NCBI GenBank assembly: GCA_032128875.1 | Contig: JAVLKG010000008.1 | Coordinates: 211,212-275,211 of the forward strand | DNA from: Candidatus Melainabacteria bacterium 17Bon1m | GTDB taxonomy: Bacteria; Cyanobacteriota; Vampirovibrionia; Obscuribacterales; Obscuribacteraceae | DNA length: 64,000 bases | Direction: 5' to 3' | Shown: positions 50,304-59,202 of the stretch, in pieces | How positions within the stretch are numbered: the stretch's first letter is position 1 | How the letters are laid out: every line of letters begins with the position of its first letter | The notes under the pieces: generated by a model | Told to the model about the DNA's origin: nothing | The model's database searches: none | What the model saw: the letters and a program-made list of their open reading frames with translations, nothing else | Program-made: the position numbers and the translations under genes

Positions 50304-50470
50304 CGTCGTCAAAGGTGGACGTGCAACGCGCCACCAAATGCAGTGCATCGCCTTAGCGTCAGCTTCGGCGATTCTCTGAAGGCAAGACAAACAGCGGTCG
50401 GCAGGGTCGCGCGTGCCGTGGGGCACCGCCTGCCGGCCGCAATGTTTCTCCAACAGAGGACGTTTTACGA

Positions 50471-51496
50471 ATGACCTCGGTATCCCCCCAACGCGCAGAA
50501 GTGCAGCGGCTCATCGACGTCGCCAAGGAACATTCCGATAAGAAGATGCGGGATGCTCACATGAAATGGCGAGCGGCCGCGGACCTCAGCCGACAGCTGC
50601 TCGGTCCCAACCACGATGCCACCATGTTCTGCCAGAACAACGTCGGCAAGGCGCTCATCGCCATCGAGCTGTACGACGAAGCGATTCCGCTGCTGGAAGC
50701 GTCTCTGCGCCAGGCACAAGCCCTCCACGGCTACGTGCACTTCAGCGTCGAGCACATCTGCCAGTCGCTGGCCATCGCCTTCCGCGCCAAGAAGAACTTC
50801 GCCCTGGCATACAAGTACTGGATGTCGGCGGCAACGTCTTCCGAGGCGCAACGCGGACTGCAGCACAACACAACCGTGTACTGCTACCACCAGGCTGCTC
50901 GCGCCAAGGCGTCCGCCAAGCTCTTCGACGAGGCGTTGCCGCTTTTCTTCAAGGTGCTCGACACCACCGAGAAGATGCACGGCGCCTCCGAGCAGTCCGC
51001 CTACATCTCGCGTGACACCGCCACCTGCCTCAACCAGCTGCAGCGCTACACCGAAGCGCTTGCGTACTGGAGGCGCGCCTTCAAGCTGTTCAAGACGAGC
51101 GGCAAGCAGGAAATTTTCGGCAGTGTCGCGCGCAGCCTCAACTGGACGCAGCGGAAAATCCGCGAAGTCCTCAACGCCGAGCACAGCAAGCTCGTCGCCG
51201 CAGTCGAAGGGCTGAGCGACGAAGACCGGCAATACCTGGTGGCCAGCAACCTCACCACCGCACAGCTGAACGCAGTCGTCGAGTACCTGAAGGCGACCTA
51301 TCTCTCCGGCGATGAGGGCGACTACCCGCACGCCGGCGATTTGCGCGTGGCTGTAAAAGGTCACGACAAGCTGGTCAACCGGTACCGGACGCGGGCGGAC
51401 GAGTGCTGCTGCGGCAGCCACGACCACGAACTCGAAGTCGCGGAGCCCGACGGCAACAAGAAAACCGTCATGGTCGGGTTCAGCTACGGACATTGA
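50471..51496 (+). CDS. TPR-repeat protein (kinesin-light-chain-like repeats) with C-terminal Cys/His domain
   Basis: LGPNHDAT...NNVGKAL...YDEAIPLLEASL repeats; CCCGSHDH near C-terminus; GAGGA RBS. Confidence 0.8.
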   Translation: MTSVSPQRAEVQRLIDVAKEHSDKKMRDAHMKWRAAADLSRQLLGPNHDATMFCQNNVGKALIAIELYDEAIPLLEASLRQAQALHGYVHFSVEHICQSLAIAFRAKKNFALAYKYWMSAATSSEAQRGLQHNTTVYCYHQAARAKASAKLFDEALPLFFKVLDTTEKMHGASEQSAYISRDTATCLNQLQRYTEALAYWRRAFKLFKTSGKQEIFGSVARSLNWTQRKIREVLNAEHSKLVAAVEGLSDEDRQYLVASNLTTAQLNAVVEYLKATYLSGDEGDYPHAGDLRVAVKGHDKLVNRYRTRADECCCGSHDHELEVAEPDGNKKTVMVGFSYGH

Positions 51497-51564
51497 CGAG
51501 CCGGCCAACAATACGGCTCGCCAACAACAAGCGGCTCCGCCGCCCAACCTAGAAGGAGGCTGAC

Positions 51565-52536
51565 ATGAAAAGTCTGCACAACGCCTCTCGCACCAGCGGG
51601 CGGCGCCTTTATCGTGAAATCTGGAAGACCGTCGCCGACTCGTTTTTCGACGACGACCGCCTCCAGCAAGCTGATTGGGCGAGCAAAGAAAACCTCTTTG
51701 ACGCACGCATCGTCGACGATGAGTCGGCGCTTGCGTGTGCCGCCGAGGCGCTCGCCAGCTTGGACGACAAGTACACGCACCTGATGCCGGCGGTGGAATA
51801 TCGCCAGCATGTGGCTGAGCGTGATGAAACGGAAGAGAGCGCAGTCTTCTCGCGCATCTTGTCGGGCAACATCGGCTACATGCGTATCGAAACATTCTTC
51901 CGCAGCGACATCTTCGAGCAGGTGACTGCCGAGGTGGAGAAGCTGAAGGACTGCGATGCGCTCATCATCGACCTGCGCGACAACGGTGGCGGGTTGCTTG
52001 ATGCGACAGGGCACTGCTGCGAATACTTCGTCAAAAGCGGCACGCTCGCAGGCTTCGTGCGTCGCACGCCGGAAGGCCTTTTCGAAAAGGCGTTCGGCTG
52101 CAACAACGAAGCTTCCATCAGCATCGTCGAAGTAGCAGGCGTGCAGCGCGAACCGGTGCTCTACATGCGCCGTCCTGCCTTGCTTGCCGACAAACCGACC
52201 GTCGTTCTCATCAACGGCGGCACCGGCAGCTCCGCTGAGGTCTTTGCTTCGGCAGTCGTCGAAAACGGCAGAGATAATGGGCGTTGCATTGCAATCGGCA
52301 TGGAAACTGCGGGTAAGGGCATTGCCCAGACCACAGTCGACATCTTCGAGGGCAAGGCGCGTCTGCAAATCTCCGTCGCCAAGTTCCTCAACGCCAAGCT
52401 CGAATGGCTCGGCGACCACGCTCAGCGTGTCCGCAACGGCATCAAACCTGATGTAAAAGTGGATGATGCCGGCGACTACAAAGCGCCGCTCTCTGCCGCT
52501 TATGAGCATCTGAAACGGACGCTGAAAAGCGCCTGA
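51565..52536 (+). CDS. S41 family C-terminal processing peptidase lacking PDZ domain and signal peptide
   Basis: NIGYMRIETF, LIIDLRDNGGG, TGSSAE (catalytic Ser), GMETAGKG (catalytic Lys), GIKPDV; GGAGG RBS. Confidence 0.88.
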   Translation: MKSLHNASRTSGRRLYREIWKTVADSFFDDDRLQQADWASKENLFDARIVDDESALACAAEALASLDDKYTHLMPAVEYRQHVAERDETEESAVFSRILSGNIGYMRIETFFRSDIFEQVTAEVEKLKDCDALIIDLRDNGGGLLDATGHCCEYFVKSGTLAGFVRRTPEGLFEKAFGCNNEASISIVEVAGVQREPVLYMRRPALLADKPTVVLINGGTGSSAEVFASAVVENGRDNGRCIAIGMETAGKGIAQTTVDIFEGKARLQISVAKFLNAKLEWLGDHAQRVRNGIKPDVKVDDAGDYKAPLSAAYEHLKRTLKSA

Positions 52537-52659
52537 GACGGATGCCAATTAGCAGCAGGCTAGCGAAACGAAGCAGGGATGATTGCTCGCAAGAGCGTCT
52601 TCCCTGTTTTCGTTTTGAAATGCGCTCTACTATCTTTTTTAGTTTAACACTCAAGAAGA

Positions 52660-52701
52660 GGGAAAAACCCGAGGAGGTAATTGTCTCCACGGGTTTTTCC
52701 T
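52660..52701. terminator. Bidirectional terminator between convergent operons
   Basis: GGAAAAACCCGAGGAG...CTCCACGGGTTTTTCC. Confidence 0.75.
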
Positions 52702-52736
52702 TGGTTCAAAAATTCACCGCCACTCGCGCAGCACGT

Positions 52737-53351
52737 TCACTCCAGGACGTAGGAGAGGATGATTTCCAGAACCGAGAGCTGAGTGTCGATCGAGTCGATA
52801 GCGACACCGACAACGAAGTCCCCGGTGAAGTTAAAGCCCTTCGCGACGATGTTGGCAATGCCGGCGATGATGCTGTCGAAAAGCCAGGCGACCATGCCAC
52901 CGTCCGCTCCGATGAGAGAGCGTGCCTTCTTCAGCTTTGCTTCGAGGTCGCGCACACAGCGCTCCATGTCGGCGGCAGTCTTCACTGCGCGCAGGGCACG
53001 GATGGAGGCAAGAACCTCCTTGAGCGGATCGGCTACAGCGGGGGTAGTTTTGATGGTCGTGCGCAGAAAGATGATCGACTTGGTGATGCGAACGACGAGG
53101 TCCCACATCGTTGCCAGATGCGCCGGGTCGAAAATCTTCTTGAGTGCTGCCGGAGCATCATTGACGCTGCCGGCTGCGGCACCGGTAGCAGCGACGAGCG
53201 AGTCGGCGAGTGCCTTGAGTTTGGTGAAGTTGCCGGCCGAAACCAGCGATTGAAGGCGCTGACCGATCGCTGCCATCTGAGCGACATCTGCCGCTGTGGA
53301 GGCAAGCGCCTTAGCGCCGTCGGTCGCGCTTTGAATCAAGCGTTTGAACAT
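52737..53351 (-). CDS. Hypothetical helical protein
   Basis: GAGGA RBS; downstream of the RNA ligase gene. Confidence 0.75.
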   Translation of the reverse strand: MFKRLIQSATDGAKALASTAADVAQMAAIGQRLQSLVSAGNFTKLKALADSLVAATGAAAGSVNDAPAALKKIFDPAHLATMWDLVVRITKSIIFLRTTIKTTPAVADPLKEVLASIRALRAVKTAADMERCVRDLEAKLKKARSLIGADGGMVAWLFDSIIAGIANIVAKGFNFTGDFVVGVAIDSIDTQLSVLEIILSYVLE

Positions 53352-53490
53352 CTTATGTCCTCTGTGTTTGCCTCGCTTTCTGCGAGATCAGGTTGCAGGA
53401 TCGCGATATTCTCGGAGTGCGGAAAAACTCGTTTTGAGCTTCTCCGCACCCCATGCTTGATGCTCCTTGAGGAGTTCTTGGTGCTTGTAC

Positions 53491-55407
53491 CTACGCCTCT
53501 TCGAGCTTGGCGAAGGACTTCAGCTCCGGAGCGGAGGCAACGTAGAGGTCGCGCACTTGCGTACGCTGACCGGCCCACGCCTCGATGAGAAGCGCCTGCG
53601 CCCAGGGATTGCCGGCAGCTGCATCCGCCATCTTCTGCGCGTCGCCGCGAGGCAACGTGTCGAAGATGATGTAGAGGCAGCTCTCCATGGTCTTCAGACC
53701 CTGGACGATTGCCGCCGTGTTGAAGGCGGGCTCCGCGGCATGCAGCTCGACCGCACGACCGATGCCGACGAGGAATTCCTCGGCAACACCAGCACGAATG
53801 GCGTCGGCGAGCAGCTTACGCGCACCGGCTACTGCCGTTGAGCGCTGCCCGCAGTGACGCCAGCGGTCGAGGAAGGGACGCAGGATCATCGGCTGACCGA
53901 ACACCCACTGGTTGTGCAGACCTTCCGGAGACGTAGCCGGCGGCGCGTCTGCGAAGACGGCGTCGACATCGAGCCCGGCGAGTTCCGGCACATCCGGCGA
54001 GCGACGCACAAAGTCGCGCATCTTCTCGATCAGGATTTGCGGCTGCAAGTTGACGACAGCGCCGTCGAAGGTGCCGCGGACAGACTTGGGCAGAGACGCA
54101 CCCAAGCCCTTCACCTTGCCGCAGTCTTCCTGGTTGCGCGTGCGGTCCCAGAGGTAGGAACCGACGGCTTCCAGATATGCGTCGAGTTCGCCGGCAAGAG
54201 ACAACTCGCCGCCGAACGTGGGCTGCATGTCCCGCAGCATGCCGATGAGGTGCTTCGCGAAGAAGAGGTCGGCGAGCGCCGCGCGGCAGACGGACGTGAC
54301 GCCTTGCGGCTGGTCCTGCTGCCGACGCGCGAAGAGGAAGCCCGTCAGACGCGGATTCTGAGTCTTGACCCAGGCCGCAAACGCCTTCTGGTCGACGCCG
54401 CTGGCGGCGGCGCTATAGGCTTCTTCGGTCTGATGAGCCAGCTCGACGGTGTCGGCATCGAGCTGCCTGATGAGCGCCTCGGTCTCCTCGCGGAATTCCT
54501 CGGGCATCATCACCAGCATCTCGCCGATGGTCGTGTCGTGCCAGGCGAACGCCAGCTCGCGCGGCGTGATGCCGGAGAGCAGCCGGTGCAGACGCTTGTA
54601 CTCGTTGCCCTTCACCTTCAGCCGATAGCCATCGGCCCAGCGGAAGATGAAGCCTTCTTCGTTGTCGCTGAGCGTCTCGGCACGACGCACCAGCGACTCG
54701 ACATCGGCGCCATCGATACGCTCGACCACACGCATGCCCAGCCGTTCGCCGATGGCCGTCAGCACGTCATACGGCAGGTCTTCGCCGGTGAAGCGATTAC
54801 GCGCCGCAATCAGCACCAGGTCCTCGAAGTCGTAGCGGCAGACCACGCGCGTTTCGGGATGGATGATCTCGGTGACGAGCGTGAGGTGAGCCCAGTCGCC
54901 ACAAAGCAGAGCATCGTGTTGCGCGTACTTCGCGTCCCACATGGCTTGCGCCACGGCTGCTTGCTCCGAGAAAAACGAACCGCGCGTCGCCCAGCGATAA
55001 CGACCATCGAGACGATAGCCGATGCCGCAGCTGCCGTCCATCTTGACCAGCGCCTCGAAGTCGCCTTCTTTGACACTCGCCACCACACCCGGTATCACCG
55101 TTTCGCCCAGATTGTAGAACTTCGGCATGGAAGCGGCGATGACTTCGCCGGTTTGCTCGCAGATGATGAGACCGCGCGAAACAGTCGTCACATCGTTCCA
55201 GATGCGCTCGTAAGCGCAGCCCTTCGAGTAGTTGAAGAGCCGGTAGGTGAGACCATCGGCAGTCTTGATGCGCTTGGACCAGACCCAGCCGGCCTTCTCC
55301 ATCTCGTCGAATTGAGACAGACGCGGCAGACCGGCACCGATGCCATACGGACCTGGCCAGATGACCTCGGCGACCGGCGCTTGCAGAGATTGATTTGAAG
55401 CTTCCAT
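53491..55407 (-). CDS. T4 Rnl1-like RNA ligase with ~300-aa C-terminal extension
   Basis: RGLI, PKFYNLGE, motif I KMDGS, ATRGSF, EII, EGFI (motif IV), RLKVKG (motif V); AAGGAG RBS. Confidence 0.85.
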   Translation of the reverse strand: MEASNQSLQAPVAEVIWPGPYGIGAGLPRLSQFDEMEKAGWVWSKRIKTADGLTYRLFNYSKGCAYERIWNDVTTVSRGLIICEQTGEVIAASMPKFYNLGETVIPGVVASVKEGDFEALVKMDGSCGIGYRLDGRYRWATRGSFFSEQAAVAQAMWDAKYAQHDALLCGDWAHLTLVTEIIHPETRVVCRYDFEDLVLIAARNRFTGEDLPYDVLTAIGERLGMRVVERIDGADVESLVRRAETLSDNEEGFIFRWADGYRLKVKGNEYKRLHRLLSGITPRELAFAWHDTTIGEMLVMMPEEFREETEALIRQLDADTVELAHQTEEAYSAAASGVDQKAFAAWVKTQNPRLTGFLFARRQQDQPQGVTSVCRAALADLFFAKHLIGMLRDMQPTFGGELSLAGELDAYLEAVGSYLWDRTRNQEDCGKVKGLGASLPKSVRGTFDGAVVNLQPQILIEKMRDFVRRSPDVPELAGLDVDAVFADAPPATSPEGLHNQWVFGQPMILRPFLDRWRHCGQRSTAVAGARKLLADAIRAGVAEEFLVGIGRAVELHAAEPAFNTAAIVQGLKTMESCLYIIFDTLPRGDAQKMADAAAGNPWAQALLIEAWAGQRTQVRDLYVASAPELKSFAKLEEA

Positions 55408-55788
55408 TTCATCTCCTTCACAATAAGAAGAAGTTTCCAGAGAGCAAGACCAAGAAGAGCGAATCTCCTCTCAGACCTGCCGGGCGATAGCCCCAATTCA
55501 AGAGTTCGCCACCAAGACAACGCCAAGAAACAGACAACCCAGCCAATGCCCGACCAATGTCCACCGGGGAAAAGCCGGAAGAATCGTGCGAGAAGTTGAC
55601 TGGGAAGACTGGTTTAGTGGTTTTGGACTCGAGAAAAATTAGGCTGTAGAGATACTGATAGAATCGCAAAACAGTATCTATTCAGCCTAATAACGTAATG
55701 TAAAAAACGACCTCTTTACAAGCAATTACAAAGCTTACCAGAGCCGACCTTTTCTGGCGCTCCATGGAAAACGGGCAAGTAGCGTGAG

Positions 55789-56784
55789 ATGAACGAGCAA
55801 GCAAAGTCGCCTCGCACAACGATCAAAAAACTGTCGCTAGCGCTTCTCTTTTTAGCGACGCTAGTTTTGCTCGGCTTGTTTTTGCTCGCGCAACTTTTAG
55901 ATCCAACTTCCACGCTGCCAATTGATTCAGGCGCACCGGAGAAAGAATGCAACCTTTATGAAAACCCGGTTCAAGTGCGCATTGATGGCTATGATGACGA
56001 TTGCATGGAACCATTTATAACTGGCGATGGCGGATACCTCCTCTTCAACAACAGCAATTCAGCTCTTGTCGAAACGCACATACATCTGTGCAAAAAAATA
56101 GGAAAAAACCACTTCCAGCACTTGGGTTTGCTCGCTGGCTCCGTTTCCAAATCGAAGGACATGGCGCCTACAATCGATGCTGATGGAAACTTGTTTTACA
56201 CTTGCTTGCTCACATATGAAAAGGACGGCAACTCAATTTACTGTGGCAAGTTTGCCGATGAAAAACTTCAGAAGATTATCATTGCCAACGGAAAAATCTC
56301 CCCGAACAAACCGGCGGAGATCAACATGGACTGCGACATTAGCAAAGACGGCAACATCCTTATTCTGTCACGAGCGCATTTTGCAAACTACCTACTACCT
56401 CCGGATAAATCAGATCTGGCGATAGCAGAAAAAACAGACGGCAAGTTTTCGCTCAATCCGCAAAGTCAAAATGTTTTATCTAAACTAAACACCGACAATC
56501 TAGAATACGCTCCGTGCCAAACCTCTGATCAGCTCGAACTTTATTTCACAAGAGCGAGTAAGAAAGCTGTTTCCGGCAATTCAAAAAGGTTCGAGCCCTA
56601 TTTGCGCATAATGGTCGCACGACGGAAAGACCGTTTTTCACCATATGAAGAAGCAGAGAGGATCGCCGTACTGACAGGGTTCATCGAAGCACCAACGCTA
56701 ACCGACGACAAGCGAGAAATGTTTTTCCACAAAAAGATCAACGACAAATTCCGCTTGTTCAGAGCGATCCGCAGCTCCAAATGA
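55789..56784 (+). CDS. Exported TolB/PD40-like beta-propeller protein
   Basis: N-terminal TM; repeats EPFITGDG, APTIDADG, DISKDG, APCQTSDQ..LYFTR, APTLTDD. Confidence 0.7.
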   Translation: MNEQAKSPRTTIKKLSLALLFLATLVLLGLFLLAQLLDPTSTLPIDSGAPEKECNLYENPVQVRIDGYDDDCMEPFITGDGGYLLFNNSNSALVETHIHLCKKIGKNHFQHLGLLAGSVSKSKDMAPTIDADGNLFYTCLLTYEKDGNSIYCGKFADEKLQKIIIANGKISPNKPAEINMDCDISKDGNILILSRAHFANYLLPPDKSDLAIAEKTDGKFSLNPQSQNVLSKLNTDNLEYAPCQTSDQLELYFTRASKKAVSGNSKRFEPYLRIMVARRKDRFSPYEEAERIAVLTGFIEAPTLTDDKREMFFHKKINDKFRLFRAIRSSK

Positions 56785-56843
56785 GGTCAAAGCTCAGACG
56801 AAAGGCACGACTTGAAAGCAACAAATTCAACGTCAATTGATTA

Positions 56844-58046
56844 TTAGCGGCGCGAAAGTCGCTTCACTACTTCTTGCAACTGATGCTGACCTTCTCTGCT
56901 CAAGTTAGGTCTCTTCATGCCCCAATCCCCCTGGTCTGGAATGTGGAGAATCTTGTATTGAAGTGGCGCAAGACCGGGGCGTCCCAGCTCGCGGTCCGCA
57001 CGAGTGGAAAGATCAACGACGCGCTCGTATGTCCTTCGGCCGTCTGGCTGTGTTTCTCTCTTGCCGGCGAAGGGTCCTTTGTCAGTGATCACAACCTGCA
57101 CTTCTTTCTGAGTGGCTGGATTGTACACACTCAAAACAGTTCCGAAAGGAAGCTCACGGCTGGCAGCGGTCATTTGCTCGTTGTGGTAGCGAATACCGCT
57201 GGCAGTCTTGCGTCCATTCCACTCTGCTCCATAGGTCGATGTTAAACCTGTGAAGCGGTCTCCGACATCGAACTTCGCATCAAGCGGATTCTTGATGGTT
57301 CCATTAGGAACATTGCTGAGATTTTCGGGCGGAGTTAGATCAGGCTTGAGGCCCCGCACGACTGGCTTCTTGGCGCGATCTTCCGGCTTTTCTATTCGTT
57401 GATCAGGTGTTTGCTCAACTCTTGGCTCTGTTCGGCGGTCCGGTGTTTGTCCAGGAACTTGATCTTGCCTGCGATCGGGTCTTTGATCTTGTTTGCGATC
57501 TGGTCTAGGCTCTGGCCGTGGAATATTACCCTCCGGCAGCCCTTTGTTCAAACGTTCCGAAATGCGCGCTCGCAGTCCAGGATCTTCTATATTTTTCAAA
57601 ACTGCGTCGCGATTCTTTTCTGTAAGAAGTTCATCGCCGCGTCTCAGAGTCTTCGCGTCCGGATGATCAGTTGCCCAGCCTTTTTTCAAAGCTTCTGTAA
57701 ATTCCTTCTTCTCTTTGTGAGTGAATTCGCCACCCAACAAACGTTCCGCAGATTGGAAATAACCTTCGCCTTTCTTGACCTTGGCGGCGTTCAAAGAATT
57801 TTCTGAAAGCGGCTGCCTGTCTGCTCCGGCAACAACTCGGTCGCCATCAGTAAGGGCAAAAGTCGGATTGCCGACATCTCTCTGGACACCTCTGGTCTCG
57901 ACTGCGGCAACTTGAGTTCTATTTCTGTCTAAAACAGAAGTGTCTTCGCGCCGCGATAAATCAACGAGCGGTTCGGTTCGCTGATCAGAAGCAGTGCGCA
58001 CAGCAGTGCGCTCCACTTGCGTGGGGACGTCATGATTGATAGCCAT
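56844..58046 (-). CDS. RlpA-like double-psi beta-barrel (lytic transglycosylase) domain protein with long N-terminal region
   Basis: STYG...GRKTASG...MTAASRELPFGT...VVITDKGPF...VDLS; start uncertain. Confidence 0.82.
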   Translation of the reverse strand: MAINHDVPTQVERTAVRTASDQRTEPLVDLSRREDTSVLDRNRTQVAAVETRGVQRDVGNPTFALTDGDRVVAGADRQPLSENSLNAAKVKKGEGYFQSAERLLGGEFTHKEKKEFTEALKKGWATDHPDAKTLRRGDELLTEKNRDAVLKNIEDPGLRARISERLNKGLPEGNIPRPEPRPDRKQDQRPDRRQDQVPGQTPDRRTEPRVEQTPDQRIEKPEDRAKKPVVRGLKPDLTPPENLSNVPNGTIKNPLDAKFDVGDRFTGLTSTYGAEWNGRKTASGIRYHNEQMTAASRELPFGTVLSVYNPATQKEVQVVITDKGPFAGKRETQPDGRRTYERVVDLSTRADRELGRPGLAPLQYKILHIPDQGDWGMKRPNLSREGQHQLQEVVKRLSRR

Positions 58047-58353
58047 AGTAAATGGGGTTCTGTGGTTCGGGGAGGAACCTAAATCTATGCTCGAGAGCGT
58101 GAAAAGTTTGTGACTATTTGCCCAAATCGCAGAATGCGTCAATTAAAGCGGACGGGTCATATATAACGCGGTACCACTCAAACATACTAATTGCTTTAGT
58201 ATCAACAGGTCCAAAACCAAAGGCGCAGTGCAAGGATGTTTCCATCTCTACACTGCGCCAGGGGTGGCGTCATCAGGTTTGCGAGTGCATTGTTTTCACG
58301 TGCGGCGTATTGGCTGATGACGACATGTTTTCAGAGCGTTTGGTCGCCCTGTC

Positions 58354-58725
58354 TTACTTCACTTTGCGGTGAACGAGCGCCGCTGCAACGCCGGCGAGGC
58401 CAACGGAGAACGCGCGTCCCATGAAATCGCCCGAAAGCATCGAGCCACCAGGCAGATGCCCGGTCATGAAGAACGCCGCCCAGGCGAGCAAGATCCAGAT
58501 CACGACACCGATGACGGCGCCGGAGCCGATATTGCCTACGAGCGAACGCTCGCTGTTCTTGCCGACGAACAACAGCCAGGTGTTGATCAAGAAGCCGACC
58601 ACGAGCGCGGCGATGGTCACCGGTCCCGTGAGAATCATTGCGAAGCCGTGCATGAAGATGCCGACCGCAAGAAGAGTCGCAGCCGAAGCAGCGACGCCCA
58701 GAAGGAAGCCAATTTCCTTCTTCAT
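58354..58725 (-). CDS. Four-TM membrane protein
   Basis: Hydrophobic; AAAGGG RBS. Confidence 0.7.
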   Translation of the reverse strand: MKKEIGFLLGVAASAATLLAVGIFMHGFAMILTGPVTIAALVVGFLINTWLLFVGKNSERSLVGNIGSGAVIGVVIWILLAWAAFFMTGHLPGGSMLSGDFMGRAFSVGLAGVAAALVHRKVK

Positions 58726-58756
58726 GTGAATGCCCTTTTTGGCTGTGGCGAAAGAA

Positions 58757-59077
58757 TTACTTCTTGTCGCCGCTGTTGGAAGACGACTTCGTGCGGAATG
58801 CCAGAACGAAGCCAACGATGGGTGAGGTGATCATGCTGACGATCATGCCGACGCTGACAGCGTCCGAGGACAGCCAGTGGCTGAACACATGACCGAAGAG
58901 CAGCATGCCGACGAGCGCGCCGGACATGATGACGAACACGCCACCGAAAGGACCGCCGCCGTCGCCGGCTTTGTTGGTCTTCGAGTAGGTGGTCGCCCAG
59001 AACCAGCGGCCGGTCAAGAAGGCGACCAGACCGGAGAGAAACGCGGCGGCGATGCCGACGAGAATCAAGGTGAGCAT
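58757..59077 (-). CDS. Three-TM membrane protein
   Basis: Hydrophobic; AGGAG RBS. Confidence 0.7.
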   Translation of the reverse strand: MLTLILVGIAAAFLSGLVAFLTGRWFWATTYSKTNKAGDGGGPFGGVFVIMSGALVGMLLFGHVFSHWLSSDAVSVGMIVSMITSPIVGFVLAFRTKSSSNSGDKK

Positions 59078-59202
59078 GGTAGAACTCCTGTGCAATCTGT
59101 TTGCGTTGCGAAAGCTTGATCGGCACCACAGGCAGTGGCAGCGGCCAAGGATGAATGAGCGCTGTCAGACACACGACAGCGCCCTTGGGAAACGGCGTTC
59201 AG

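Noticed and set aside
1128-55398. Long antisense ORFs (1128..2312, 2900..4006, 6277..8142, 25879..27624, 39242..40381, 40823..42493, 47635..49422, 50465..51895, 53854..55398)
   Set aside because: They mirror real GC-rich genes; strong codon bias removes stops on the opposite strand; no RBS or recognisable motifs
47150-55407. Prophage call based on the RNA ligase and orphan genes
   Set aside because: No capsid, terminase, tail, integrase or att sites; same style as other class H blocks that carry metabolic genes
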